Part shown: positions 9,425 through 18,809 of the stretch, in pieces | Layout: each line of letters opens with the position of its first letter | How positions within the stretch are numbered: the stretch's first letter is position 1 | Source: Synergistales bacterium | Lineage (GTDB): Bacteria; Synergistota; Synergistia; Synergistales; JAFGMB01 | DNA: 64,000 nt | Direction: 5' to 3' | Assembly (NCBI GenBank): GCA_963666205.1 | Contig: OY762654.1 | Location: 1,920,001 to 1,984,000, forward strand | Notes under the pieces: generated by a model | What the model saw: the letters and a program-made list of their open reading frames with translations, nothing else | What the model was told of the DNA's origin: nothing | Database searches by the model: none | Position numbers and translations under genes: made by a program

Positions 9425-10996
9425 CTATTCAGCCCATATTTCCCCATCTTTAATTAAGACAGAAACATTCTTTTTCCATTCATCTCGCTGTGCGGGATAA
9501 TCTTCACGGAAATGAACTCCCCGGCTTTCTTCTCTTACCAGGGCCGCCTTTGCTATGGACATGGCAGAATCAAGAAGTCCCCTTATTTCAAGGGCAGAGA
9601 GCAGCTCCTGGTGGTCAGTTACCCGTATGGTCGAATAGTCCTTATCCAGTTCCTGCAGATCGGCTATGGTCCTCTCTATTGAAGCAGCTGTTCTGACTGG
9701 TCCCAGTCCTTCCTGTACAGTACTTTTGAGAGTTTGCCTTATCATTACAGGTGATTTACTGCCCCTGGTCCAGTTCGTAACCATTTCCCTGCTTTGTACG
9801 GGCTCGAAATCTACAGCTCTTTCAGTTACCCTTTCAGAGGCGCATCTTCCTGCTATTAGTCCGAAAGTGACAATGTTCGTAAGGGCATTTCCTCCGATGC
9901 GGCTTGCACCATCCACACCGCCCGTTACTTCTCCACATGCGTAAAGACCTTCTATTCCCGTAAAACAGGAGGTGTCTATCTGTATGCCTCCTGTCATATA
10001 ATGCTCGATGGGACTTACCCCTACAGGGCCGTACTTCCAGGGTTTAAGTTCTTCAGGATAAAAGTTGAGCATTTCAATCAGAGGTTCGGCTTCCCAGTAC
10101 TTTTCGGGGATCTGTTCAAGGTGGAGCATTGCCTTTCCACCTTTTTTCAGATGTCTTGCCAGGAATATGGATGCCTTGTCCCTGGCGTAGTAATTTGCCT
10201 CCATGCCATCTTTCAATCCCCAGGACTGGATCGCTTCCAGAAGAAACTCCCTGTTCTTTTCATCCAGAAGGGGAACCCTGTCTATCATTGCCAGGTCCAC
10301 CATCCAGTTGGTAAAACCAGGTTCATCCCAGCCCAGGGGATAGAACTGGACAAATTCCATGTCTCTCAGTGATGCTCCTGCCCGAAGGGCGAGAGAGTAG
10401 CCGTCTCCGGTTATCCTGCTTGGATTGTCTGTCCTTTCATAGATCTGTCCGGCTCCCCCGGTGGCAAGAATAACGGCAGATGCACCGAACCCGCACACCT
10501 TGCCGGTCTGCCAGTTGACACATTCAACACCGGAAACTTTTCCATCATCCAATCTCAATCCTGTAGCAACTGTATTTTCCACAAATCGTATTCCCAGGTC
10601 TCCGGCTATACGGTATAGTTCCTCCACCATGCCATAGCCTGCCATAAAGGGATTGGGAGCACTTGCCCTTGTGGAGGCATGACCGGAGTCCATCAGGCTC
10701 AGGGTAACTCCCCATGATTGAAGTTCTTCCATTGATTTACGGGCATTTTCGGAGAAGGTCTGGACCAGCTTCAGATCGTTTACATAACAGCCGATCTCCA
10801 TGGTTTTTGATGCATGCATTTCCGGGGGGACCTGTCCGCAGCCCAGGGTGAAAATACCTGCTGCATAGGCAGTGCAGGTTCCGGTTCCAAGGGGCGTTTT
10901 GCTTATAACAACCACTTCCGTGCCGGGTTTCCTTGCTGCTATCGCTGCCACCAGACCTGCTCCTCCTGAGCCAAGCACTATTATCCTTCTAGTCAT
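9425..10996 (-). CDS. FAD-dependent oxidoreductase, SdhA/FrdA/NadB flavoprotein family
   Basis: GSGGAG Rossmann motif, LATGG, TGDG, MEFVQFYP, HYMTGG, GLYACGE, EESRGVHFREDYP. Confidence 0.9.
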   Translation of the reverse strand: MTRRIIVLGSGGAGLVAAIAARKPGTEVVVISKTPLGTGTCTAYAAGIFTLGCGQVPPEMHASKTMEIGCYVNDLKLVQTFSENARKSMEELQSWGVTLSLMDSGHASTRASAPNPFMAGYGMVEELYRIAGDLGIRFVENTVATGLRLDDGKVSGVECVNWQTGKVCGFGASAVILATGGAGQIYERTDNPSRITGDGYSLALRAGASLRDMEFVQFYPLGWDEPGFTNWMVDLAMIDRVPLLDEKNREFLLEAIQSWGLKDGMEANYYARDKASIFLARHLKKGGKAMLHLEQIPEKYWEAEPLIEMLNFYPEELKPWKYGPVGVSPIEHYMTGGIQIDTSCFTGIEGLYACGEVTGGVDGASRIGGNALTNIVTFGLIAGRCASERVTERAVDFEPVQSREMVTNWTRGSKSPVMIRQTLKSTVQEGLGPVRTAASIERTIADLQELDKDYSTIRVTDHQELLSALEIRGLLDSAMSIAKAALVREESRGVHFREDYPAQRDEWKKNVSVLIKDGEIWAE

Positions 10997-12080
10997 ACTT
11001 TTCACTTCCTTTATTAGCAGGGTCATCTGATCCCGGAATATTATCTCTGAATTCTGCCAGAGATCTTCTGTAATTCCCGTCTCTACCTTTTACAGGTGAG
11101 GCGTATATCATGGAATTTATGATGGCCTCCTCCGTGGCTTCCGCTACAGCCCTGAAAAGGGAGTCTATCATTTCATCGTTGAACATTTTCATTGCCACGG
11201 TGGCTTTCTCATTATAATGATTGACCCGGTTGCCAGTGGTAAAAGCCACGGCTATTTCGCCGCTTCCGTTCTCGATGAACGAACCTGTCCTGCTTATCCC
11301 CACCGAGGCCCTCCTGCAGAGTCTTTTGAGCTGTCTTTCCGAAAGGGGAGCGTCTGTAGCTATTACTACGATTATTGACCCGGGATTATTGTCATCACAG
11401 GGTGGAGCAATTTTATAAATGGCCTCTCCGGTTTTTACTCCCTTTATAGTCAGGTCCTTCATTTGTCCGAAGTTGGAGAGAACAAGGGTTCCGACTGTGA
11501 AGGTTTCACCGGCAGTTTCTGTAATGCGGGATGAACTGCCGATCCCCCCCTTCAGCTTGTAGCAGGACATTCCTTTGCCAGCCCCTACATCTCCCTGTTT
11601 GAATTCTGCGGTTGCATTTTCTATCGCCTGAATGACATGTTCCGGTTTTACGTGTAATGCCCTTATGTCATTAAGAAAACCGTCATTGCATTCACAGATC
11701 ACAGGGTTTACTGTTCCGGTATCTCTTCCTATATCCTGGTTCTTTTCAAGCATGTACCAGACAAGACCCTGGTATGCGTCGCCTACGCTCAGGGTGTTTG
11801 TAAGTATAAGGGGAGTTTCTATAGTACCGAGTTCTTCCACCTGGATCAGGCCGGCTGACTTGCCGAAACCGTTGATCACATGGGATGCAGCCATAACCTT
11901 TTCCCTGAAAAGATTTCCCTGGTGGGGGAGTATGGCGGTAACCCCTGTCCTCGCTGTGCCTTCCGAGAGAGTTACATGCCCTACGGTCACTCCCTTTACA
12001 TCTGCTATGGAATTAAGATCCCCCTTGCGGAGAATACCTCCGTCGAGACTGAATTCCTTGAGATTTTCATGTTCTTTCAT
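10989..12080 (-). CDS. DmpA/P1 family aminopeptidase
   Basis: NGFGKSAG, ECNDGFLN, GAGKGM, autocleavage G|SIIVVIATDAPL, NGSGE. Confidence 0.93.
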   Translation of the reverse strand: MKEHENLKEFSLDGGILRKGDLNSIADVKGVTVGHVTLSEGTARTGVTAILPHQGNLFREKVMAASHVINGFGKSAGLIQVEELGTIETPLILTNTLSVGDAYQGLVWYMLEKNQDIGRDTGTVNPVICECNDGFLNDIRALHVKPEHVIQAIENATAEFKQGDVGAGKGMSCYKLKGGIGSSSRITETAGETFTVGTLVLSNFGQMKDLTIKGVKTGEAIYKIAPPCDDNNPGSIIVVIATDAPLSERQLKRLCRRASVGISRTGSFIENGSGEIAVAFTTGNRVNHYNEKATVAMKMFNDEMIDSLFRAVAEATEEAIINSMIYASPVKGRDGNYRRSLAEFRDNIPGSDDPANKGSEKYD

Positions 12081-12223
12081 ACTCTCACCATCCCATTGTT
12101 ATCTATCTCAAGCTATTTCCGATTCATTAAACCATATTTGATCTTATTTGGGAAAAAGTGTTGCGGTTGAGCTTTTTCGAGTATTATTTAAAACAAAAAA
12201 CTGATCTGGAAAAGAGGCCTGTC

Positions 12224-13159
12224 ATGAGTATTCCTCGAAAAGCCCTTTATTTCTTCTGCGTAAAAGAACCCTGGCACTATGTGGGCAGGGATGTATTTGA
12301 AAGAACCATGGAATTATATGATCCCAGGGAAACCCATATTAAGGTTGACGGGTATCCAGTGATGGAATACCGGGATCATAATGGAAATATCTTCTATTTC
12401 ATGAGGCAGAATGCCCTGGTGAGCTATGAGTTTGACCGATTTCTGCCAATACTTAAAGAAAATTTTTCCGATGTGGAAGTCGCTGGCGAGGTCAACTGGC
12501 ACGGGGGGGAAAAGGCTCCGGACAGGGTGCTTACCGTCCATTCCATTGGCGACGTCGAAAAAGGTTATTTCAGCCCTGCTGTTCCTCTTTTTATGAGGAA
12601 TCTTCTTTACTCCATGGAGAAATATCGGGTTGAATCCGGACTGGATGATTTTACCGTTACCACCGAGGCAACCCATTGGACTGGTTCCATCAAGGGCGGA
12701 GATCCTGCCCTCATTACGCAGTATCCTGTTCCTCTGCTGGATATAGAGATAGGGAGTGTTCCCGAAACATGGGAAAAACCTGAAGCTGTAGACGTCCTTG
12801 CCCGTTCCCTGGTGGAAGTCTTTGACCGGAATGAAGAACTGGTCAATATTCTATGTGTAGGAGGCACCCACTTTGCGGATTGTTTTGCCGATGCGGCAAA
12901 GGACTTTGACTATCCCCTGGGCATAAGCCATATTCTTCCAAACCAGTGGCTGGTATCCGGTGGATATGAAACTGAAGAAGGTTTGAAAAAAATGAAAGAC
13001 TGTGTAGCAGCTATACCAGGTGGTATCAAAGCAGTTTTTTACCATGAAGGCATCAGGGGTCCCTACCGTCAGACCTGTCGTGATCTTGCCGAAGAGCTTG
13101 GAATACCTGTATATAAGCATAAAAAACTTCGGAAACCGGAGGACCTGGAGATACTGTAG
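12224..13159 (+). CDS. D-aminoacyl-tRNA deacylase, archaeal DTD2/GEK1-like
   Basis: LTVH, EATHW, DIEIGS, GGTHFA and SHILP match the DTD2 motifs LTxH, EATHHGP, FxEIGS, GGxHY and GHI in order. Confidence 0.75.
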   Translation: MSIPRKALYFFCVKEPWHYVGRDVFERTMELYDPRETHIKVDGYPVMEYRDHNGNIFYFMRQNALVSYEFDRFLPILKENFSDVEVAGEVNWHGGEKAPDRVLTVHSIGDVEKGYFSPAVPLFMRNLLYSMEKYRVESGLDDFTVTTEATHWTGSIKGGDPALITQYPVPLLDIEIGSVPETWEKPEAVDVLARSLVEVFDRNEELVNILCVGGTHFADCFADAAKDFDYPLGISHILPNQWLVSGGYETEEGLKKMKDCVAAIPGGIKAVFYHEGIRGPYRQTCRDLAEELGIPVYKHKKLRKPEDLEIL

Positions 13160-13206
13160 AGAACTGGAGTTATGCACCTGTTCATTTTCAAAAGGAGGTT
13201 CCTGGA

Positions 13207-14145
13207 ATGGGAAAAGAACTGAAAGCATGCTGTATAGGTACCGGTACCATGGGTTCATCCATTTCTCTGACCCTTGCTATCGGCGGTATGGATGTTGTTA
13301 TGTTCGGGCGAACCAGACCCAGTCTTGAAAGGGGGTTACTCTCTATCGATTCTTTCTGCAGGAACCTGGTTGAGTCCGGATTATTTGGAGATTCCGAGAT
13401 GGAGAAGATCAGGGGGCGGATAGAACCTTCAACTGATCTGAAAGGTTCCCTGGAGGGTTGTTCCTTTGTGTCAGAGGCAGTGTCGGAGGACCTGGAATTG
13501 AAGCAGAAACTTTTTTCCACCGTGGAAAGTCTTGTTCCTTCTGAAGCTGTCCTTACGAGTACAACATCAGGACTGGATCCGGACCTGATATCCCTTGAAA
13601 TGTCCAGTAAAGAGCGGTTCCTGGTGGCACACTTCAGCAATCCCGCACATCTCATGCCCTTTGTCGAACTTGTACCCTGTGGATCAACTTCTTCCCGGGC
13701 CATGGACTTCACCGTTAAATTACTTGAAAAGACAGGGTTAAGACCAGTAAGTCTTTCGAGATATATACCCGGTTTTGTCTTCAATCGGCTCCAGTTTGCC
13801 CTTCTCAGGGAAGCCATGTACCTTGTTGATGAAGGAATAGTAACACCTGAAGCCGTGGATGAAGCAGTTACCCATGGTCTGGGCCGTCGCCTTGCTTTTA
13901 CGGGACCGCTCCGGAGTGCGGACATGGGAGGTCTGGATGTTTTCAACAAGATCGCATCCTACCTTATGCCAATGCTCTGCAGTTCCGGTGAGGTTTCAAA
14001 GGTGCTGAGCGATGCTGTTGCTCATGGCAATCTTGGCTGTAAAACAGGTAAGGGTATCTTTGCCTGGACTGAAGAAGAGATAGAGGTAACAAAAAAGCAA
14101 AGAGAGAAGATATTGATGTATTTTTTAAAAATGGGAGAATTTTAG
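13207..14145 (+). CDS. 3-hydroxyacyl-CoA dehydrogenase family protein
   Basis: GTGTMG, EAVSEDLELK, HFSNP, PGFVFNRLQ, GPLRSADMGGLD. Confidence 0.92.
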   Translation: MGKELKACCIGTGTMGSSISLTLAIGGMDVVMFGRTRPSLERGLLSIDSFCRNLVESGLFGDSEMEKIRGRIEPSTDLKGSLEGCSFVSEAVSEDLELKQKLFSTVESLVPSEAVLTSTTSGLDPDLISLEMSSKERFLVAHFSNPAHLMPFVELVPCGSTSSRAMDFTVKLLEKTGLRPVSLSRYIPGFVFNRLQFALLREAMYLVDEGIVTPEAVDEAVTHGLGRRLAFTGPLRSADMGGLDVFNKIASYLMPMLCSSGEVSKVLSDAVAHGNLGCKTGKGIFAWTEEEIEVTKKQREKILMYFLKMGEF

Positions 14146-14287
14146 AAAAATACAGGTGATCTTCAGAAAATGAACTATCCTGATCAATGAGGATCAGCTT
14201 TTTTCAGAAAGTCGTACAAATACATGAATTTGTACGATGTCTCATTTAATTATCCCTGGCAATCATGTCTCAAAAGCCGTAAATAGA

Positions 14288-14321
14288 AGAAGCGGGGGAG
14301 TTGGAGAGACTCCCTCGCTTC
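14288..14321. terminator. GC-rich hairpin
   Basis: GAAGCGGGGGAGT/ACTCCCTCGCTTC inverted repeat in the intergenic region. Confidence 0.45.
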
Positions 14322-14488
14322 GGAGGAAATAGTAAAGAAACTTTCAGGCCCATACATTCTTTTGATGTCACAATAGTCTAGGCCGATAACATCTTTCTGT
14401 CATCGTTTACACGGATAGAAAAAAGATGTTATAGTTTAATGCATATTTGTCTATGGTGAACAAAAAAGGATAGGGAAGAGGGATTCTT

Positions 14489-15688
14489 TTGCTCGAAAAA
14501 TATGCCCAGGAGATAGTGCAGGACATCGCCGAGATAATCGGATATGAAGTTGTGATGAGCGACAGAGAGGGCATTATCATCGGGAGCAGTGATCCTGACA
14601 GATTAGGAAAGCATCTTTTTGAGGCACCTGTAGTGATCCGGACCAGGAAGGTTTACCTGATAGATGAAGAAGAAGTTCGGAAATTCCCGAATGCAGTGGT
14701 CGGTGTTACATATCCCATTGAAGACATGACAGGAGAGGTTATAGGGAGTATTGCAATTACCGGAAAGCCTGAAGACGTAAATCCCTTTGCCCTGATCGTG
14801 AAAAAACATGCGGAACTCTTTATCAAGGAGAGGGTTTTCCTTGGTTCTCTTCTTGAGAAGGAAAGGACGTTACAGAACTTTATCCGTGAACTGGAAGCCT
14901 TTGATCCAAGGATTTCCGAAATCTCACTTCTTGAAAGGAAGGCCAGGTATTTCGGTTACAGGTCTGACCATCCCTACTGTGTGATCTGGGTAAGGATAAG
15001 AAACCTTCCTTCCATGATGGAAGATCTTGTAAAAAGGTCGGGGAAGGAAAAGATCAACAGAGATCTGGCCCTCCAGTCTCTGAAGAACCGGGTCAGCGTT
15101 GAGATCAGGAACGTATTCAGTGAACCCGGGGATATATCTGCTCCTTTCGCTGCCGATGACTTTGTGATTCTGCATGTCCTGAAGGAAGGGAATGGACAGA
15201 GGGAACGGCTTAAAGACCAATGCAGCGAAGTATTGAGAAAGCTTTCTGATGCAGGGTTCATGGGAGATATCGCAATAGGATCCATAGCCAATGCACTGGA
15301 AATGCTATCCAGATCCTTTGCAGATGCCGGAGAAGTGATGGAAAAGGGCAGATCATGCGATCCAGGGCAGAACATATTTTCCATGGATGATCTGCGGTTT
15401 GAGATACTGCTTTCATCTACGAGGCCTGACCAAAGGGAAACTTTCCTTTCCCTGAAACTCGACTGTCTTAAAGAACAGCGGGACTGGAGCGAGATAAAAG
15501 AAACCATTCTTGCCTGGTGCGATACCAGTTTCAGTATCAAAGAGGCGTCTGAAAGGCTTCATATCCACAGGAATACCCTCAAGTACAGGCTGGAAAAGAT
15601 CGAGAGTATATGTTCTCTTGACCTCAGGGATTTCAGATCCCTTCTGGAACTTTATACCGCCATCAGGATGGATTGTTTCAGATCATAA
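14489..15688 (+). CDS. CdaR family regulator (sugar-diacid recognition domain plus PucR-type HTH), paralogue 1
   Basis: GIIIGSSDPDRLG N-terminus; C-terminal LHIHRNTLKYRLEKIE HTH; TTG start. Confidence 0.9.
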   Translation: MLEKYAQEIVQDIAEIIGYEVVMSDREGIIIGSSDPDRLGKHLFEAPVVIRTRKVYLIDEEEVRKFPNAVVGVTYPIEDMTGEVIGSIAITGKPEDVNPFALIVKKHAELFIKERVFLGSLLEKERTLQNFIRELEAFDPRISEISLLERKARYFGYRSDHPYCVIWVRIRNLPSMMEDLVKRSGKEKINRDLALQSLKNRVSVEIRNVFSEPGDISAPFAADDFVILHVLKEGNGQRERLKDQCSEVLRKLSDAGFMGDIAIGSIANALEMLSRSFADAGEVMEKGRSCDPGQNIFSMDDLRFEILLSSTRPDQRETFLSLKLDCLKEQRDWSEIKETILAWCDTSFSIKEASERLHIHRNTLKYRLEKIESICSLDLRDFRSLLELYTAIRMDCFRS

Positions 15689-15701
15689 TACGGGGTTCCC
15701 T

Positions 15702-16613
15702 TCAATTTGTGACAGGGGAAGTTTCTCCAGTTACCTTCAGCGAAAGGATAACCAGGCCTGCAAAAATAAGAACAATACCAGTCAGGGCAGTTATTGTAAG
15801 TTCTTCTCCAAGAAGGAATATGCCCAGACATGAGGCCGTAAGGGGTTCGGCCAGGGTGAGGGTATATGCCGTAGATACAGGTATATCAGGAATGCCCGTC
15901 GCAAAAAAGACATAGGGCAGAGCTGTTGCTATAAGACTCAGATATAATACTGCCGAAGTTCCCCTCACTGTTGGAACCCATGAAAAATCACGGAAAAAAA
16001 TGACAGGTGCAATGATGACACTTCCAAGAAGAAGCATTATTGCTGCCTTCTCAACTGGAGATCTTGAGGGGGGCATCATTTTCATTGAAGAACCTGCAAC
16101 GGCCCAGGATATACCTGCACAGAGGGCCAGGAAAATTCCCGATATTTCGACTCGGAATGTTCCCGATGGCAATGACAGAAGACAGCATCCCCCAACAGCG
16201 AGGGTGGTAGCTATAAACCATGTTCGAGTAAGTCTTTCCCGAAATATCATTAGGCCTATGATACCTGCTACGATGGGAGCGCTTCCTATGGTTATCATGG
16301 TTCCCACGGCCACCCCGGTCTTAAGGAGGGCAGCAAAGAAAAAAAGCTGGTAGAAACCCATTCCCATGGCTGCCCCGAGGGTTGCCTTCCAGGGCCAGGG
16401 ACCTTTCAGTATTCTGAAACCCTTTCCGGGAAGATCCAGAAGAAGGAGAAACAGTCCGCCGAACAAGATCCGCAGAAAGCCCAGGGCAAGGGGGTCAGTT
16501 CCTGAAGGTGCAAAAAACTGGGCAGTTCCTGTTGTTCCCCATAGAACCGCTGCGGTTGAAATAAGCAGATATCCATTCCGGATATTCCTTTGAGGCGTTT
16601 CCATCTGATTCAT
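15702..16613 (-). CDS. EamA/DMT family transporter
   Basis: LWGTTGT, about 10 TM segments, LAEPLTASCLG. Confidence 0.9.
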   Translation of the reverse strand: MNQMETPQRNIRNGYLLISTAAVLWGTTGTAQFFAPSGTDPLALGFLRILFGGLFLLLLDLPGKGFRILKGPWPWKATLGAAMGMGFYQLFFFAALLKTGVAVGTMITIGSAPIVAGIIGLMIFRERLTRTWFIATTLAVGGCCLLSLPSGTFRVEISGIFLALCAGISWAVAGSSMKMMPPSRSPVEKAAIMLLLGSVIIAPVIFFRDFSWVPTVRGTSAVLYLSLIATALPYVFFATGIPDIPVSTAYTLTLAEPLTASCLGIFLLGEELTITALTGIVLIFAGLVILSLKVTGETSPVTN

Positions 16614-16772
16614 CCTTTTTATTATAGCTGTTATTCTGATTTATTGTGTGCGAATCTATTGTGCCTGGAAGCTATATTTAACCTTAAGGAGTGGCGGAGG
16701 AGGTATGGGACCCTCCTCCCGAAAGCAACGGAGCATAGATTTTGAATGTTGTTAAAGGGGCATACTGCAGTT

Positions 16773-16856
16773 TTACTTTTTCTTAGCGGCAATAGCAAAA
16801 CTTCCATAGATAAAAACTGCTAATCCTATGGTAGTTGTCCATTCAATCATAGACAT
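16773..16856 (-). CDS. Putative 27-aa small membrane protein
   Basis: MSMIEWTTTIGLAVFIYGSFAIAAKKK; AAGGAGA RBS upstream; one TM plus basic tail; below the ORF-track cutoff. Confidence 0.55.
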   Translation of the reverse strand: MSMIEWTTTIGLAVFIYGSFAIAAKKK

Positions 16857-17067
16857 AATCTAATCTCCTTTCAGGTTTCTGCAGAAGGCTGTGCTTTTTA
16901 TCAATCATTAAAAGGCATACCTGATCATATCGAAGTATAAAGAGGTATCCGGGCATTTTCATCGTGTATGGATATCAGAAAAAGTATTTAATCATTGGAT
17001 TTATTTGTTCTTCATGCATAAAAAAGGTATTCTTTAAAGAAAGGCAATGAAGGCTGGTGGGATATCT

Positions 17068-18255
17068 ATGCTCGAGAAATATGCCCAGGAAATATCTGAT
17101 ACGACCTCAAAGATAATTGGATACCATGTCCTTGTTACAGATAAGCAGGGGATCGTTATAGGAAGCAGCAACCCTGAACGGTTGGGGAAATCTCTTTTTG
17201 AGGCTCCTCAAGTTATCCGATCCAGGAAGGGATATATAGTCAGCGAAGAAGAAGCCTTGCAAGTAAATGATACGAAACCTGGCGTTACCTATCCCATAGA
17301 AGACGTAGATGGCCGGATAACAGGAACCATAGCCATAGCTGGTGATCCTGATAAGGTAACTCCTTTTGCCCTGATAGTGAAAAAACAGGCGGAGATGTAT
17401 CTCAGGGAAAAAGCTTTCCTGGAAACAGCTCTGAACAGGGAAAGAACTGTACAGATATTCATGAAGGATGTTCTGGCCTTTGATCCAAGGATTTCAGGCA
17501 AGGAGGCCCTGGAACAGAGAGCCTGTGAGTTCGGCTATGATAAAAAATGGAAATATGTTCCCATATACGTTAAGTATCAGTTGGACTCTTCCGGAACAGG
17601 GTTGGATGAGAATTGCCTTCTTTATCGTCGTGCCGAGTCCCTTTTGCGGAGTGTTTTTGCAGGAAGGAATGATATTTCTGCATGTATGGGCAAGGATGTT
17701 ATCCTCCTGTTTCATGCCCTGCCGAATAGAAACCAGCAGGAGGATGAGACCTTTCGGATCATTACCGGAAAATGCCTGAACCTTGAGAAGCTGATGGCAG
17801 GCCAAGGCTTTTCTGCTTTTTTGGGAATAGGTTCCATTGTTTCTGACCTTGAAGAATGGGGAAAATCCTATATGGAAGCTATGCAGGTCCTCGAAAGGGG
17901 CAGGATATTCTACCCCTCCAGAAAGGTGTTCATCATAAGGGATCATCGTCTGCATGAGATGGTAGCCAGTGCAAGAAAAGATCTAAGATCTAATTTTGCT
18001 GGAGACCAGTTATCCGGTCTGAATTCGCAGCGGGATCGCCTGGAACTTAAGGAAACCATAGAGAAGTGGTGTCAATGTAATTTCAGTGTCAGGGATACCT
18101 CTGAAGAACTCCACATTCACAGAAATACCCTTCATTACAGAATAGACAAGATCGAAAAGATCTGCGGCTTCGGTGTGAGAGATTTCACCAGGATGATGGA
18201 ACTCTATCTGGCCCTTCAGCTTGAAAAAATCAACCTTCTTGAATCCTCCAGTTGA
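17068..18255 (+). CDS. CdaR family regulator, paralogue 2
   Basis: Starts MLEKYAQEI like paralogue 1; GVTYPIED shared; LHIHRNTLHYRIDKIE HTH. Confidence 0.9.
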   Translation: MLEKYAQEISDTTSKIIGYHVLVTDKQGIVIGSSNPERLGKSLFEAPQVIRSRKGYIVSEEEALQVNDTKPGVTYPIEDVDGRITGTIAIAGDPDKVTPFALIVKKQAEMYLREKAFLETALNRERTVQIFMKDVLAFDPRISGKEALEQRACEFGYDKKWKYVPIYVKYQLDSSGTGLDENCLLYRRAESLLRSVFAGRNDISACMGKDVILLFHALPNRNQQEDETFRIITGKCLNLEKLMAGQGFSAFLGIGSIVSDLEEWGKSYMEAMQVLERGRIFYPSRKVFIIRDHRLHEMVASARKDLRSNFAGDQLSGLNSQRDRLELKETIEKWCQCNFSVRDTSEELHIHRNTLHYRIDKIEKICGFGVRDFTRMMELYLALQLEKINLLESSS

Positions 18256-18282
18256 TAAGGTATCAGTGTAGATCTGGCTTGT

Positions 18283-18341
18283 CCATATACTTGCAGGTGC
18301 AATTATATTATGATAATATAATTGCACCTGCAAGTATATGG
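18283..18341. promoter_or_regulatory. Perfect 28-bp-arm inverted repeat containing two MarR-type boxes
   Basis: CCATATACTTGCAGGTGCAATTATATTA-TGA-TAATATAATTGCACCTGCAAGTATATGG directly upstream of the MarR gene. Confidence 0.75.
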
Positions 18342-18348
18342 GGGTGTA

Positions 18349-18783
18349 ATGTTGGGATCCAAATGGTCTCCGGGCAGAAATATTTCAAGGATCTATAGAA
18401 TATGCCAGCTTGATCTGGACAGGGCGTTTGCTGAAAGCGGTCTTGGGAAGGGTCTATATCTATGCCTGGTAGAACTTGCCCGACAGGAAGGGATCAATCA
18501 GAAGACCCTTGCTGAAAGACTTGTTCTGGATCAGGCTTCCGTCACCCGATCGGTAAGAAGACTTGTTGCCATGGGATGTGTTGATCGAAGGGATGATCCG
18601 GAGGATGGCAGGGCTCACCGGCTGTTTTTAAGTGAAAAGGGCAGACACCTGCTTGTCAGAGTCAGAGAAAGACTTGATGAGTGGGATAGTGCTGCTATAG
18701 GAAATTTTTCAGCAGAGGAAAGGAAAATCTTTGCTGAGCTGCTGAAGAAGATGGAATTAAACCTGATGAAGGCTAGAGACTGA
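18349..18783 (+). CDS. MarR family transcriptional regulator
   Basis: GINQKTLA...DQASVTRSVRRL...DPEDGRA winged helix. Confidence 0.92.
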   Translation: MLGSKWSPGRNISRIYRICQLDLDRAFAESGLGKGLYLCLVELARQEGINQKTLAERLVLDQASVTRSVRRLVAMGCVDRRDDPEDGRAHRLFLSEKGRHLLVRVRERLDEWDSAAIGNFSAEERKIFAELLKKMELNLMKARD

Positions 18784-18809
18784 TCAGAGAAGAGAATGGA
18801 GGATGAATA

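Noticed and set aside
9425-10996. Gene symbol sdhA, frdA or nadB
   Set aside because: Active-site substitutions and missing partner genes make a specific assignment unsafe.
14212-14237. Inverted repeat TCGTACAAAT-N6-ATTTGTACGA
   Set aside because: Single occurrence about 250 bp from the next start; no regulator or function assignable.
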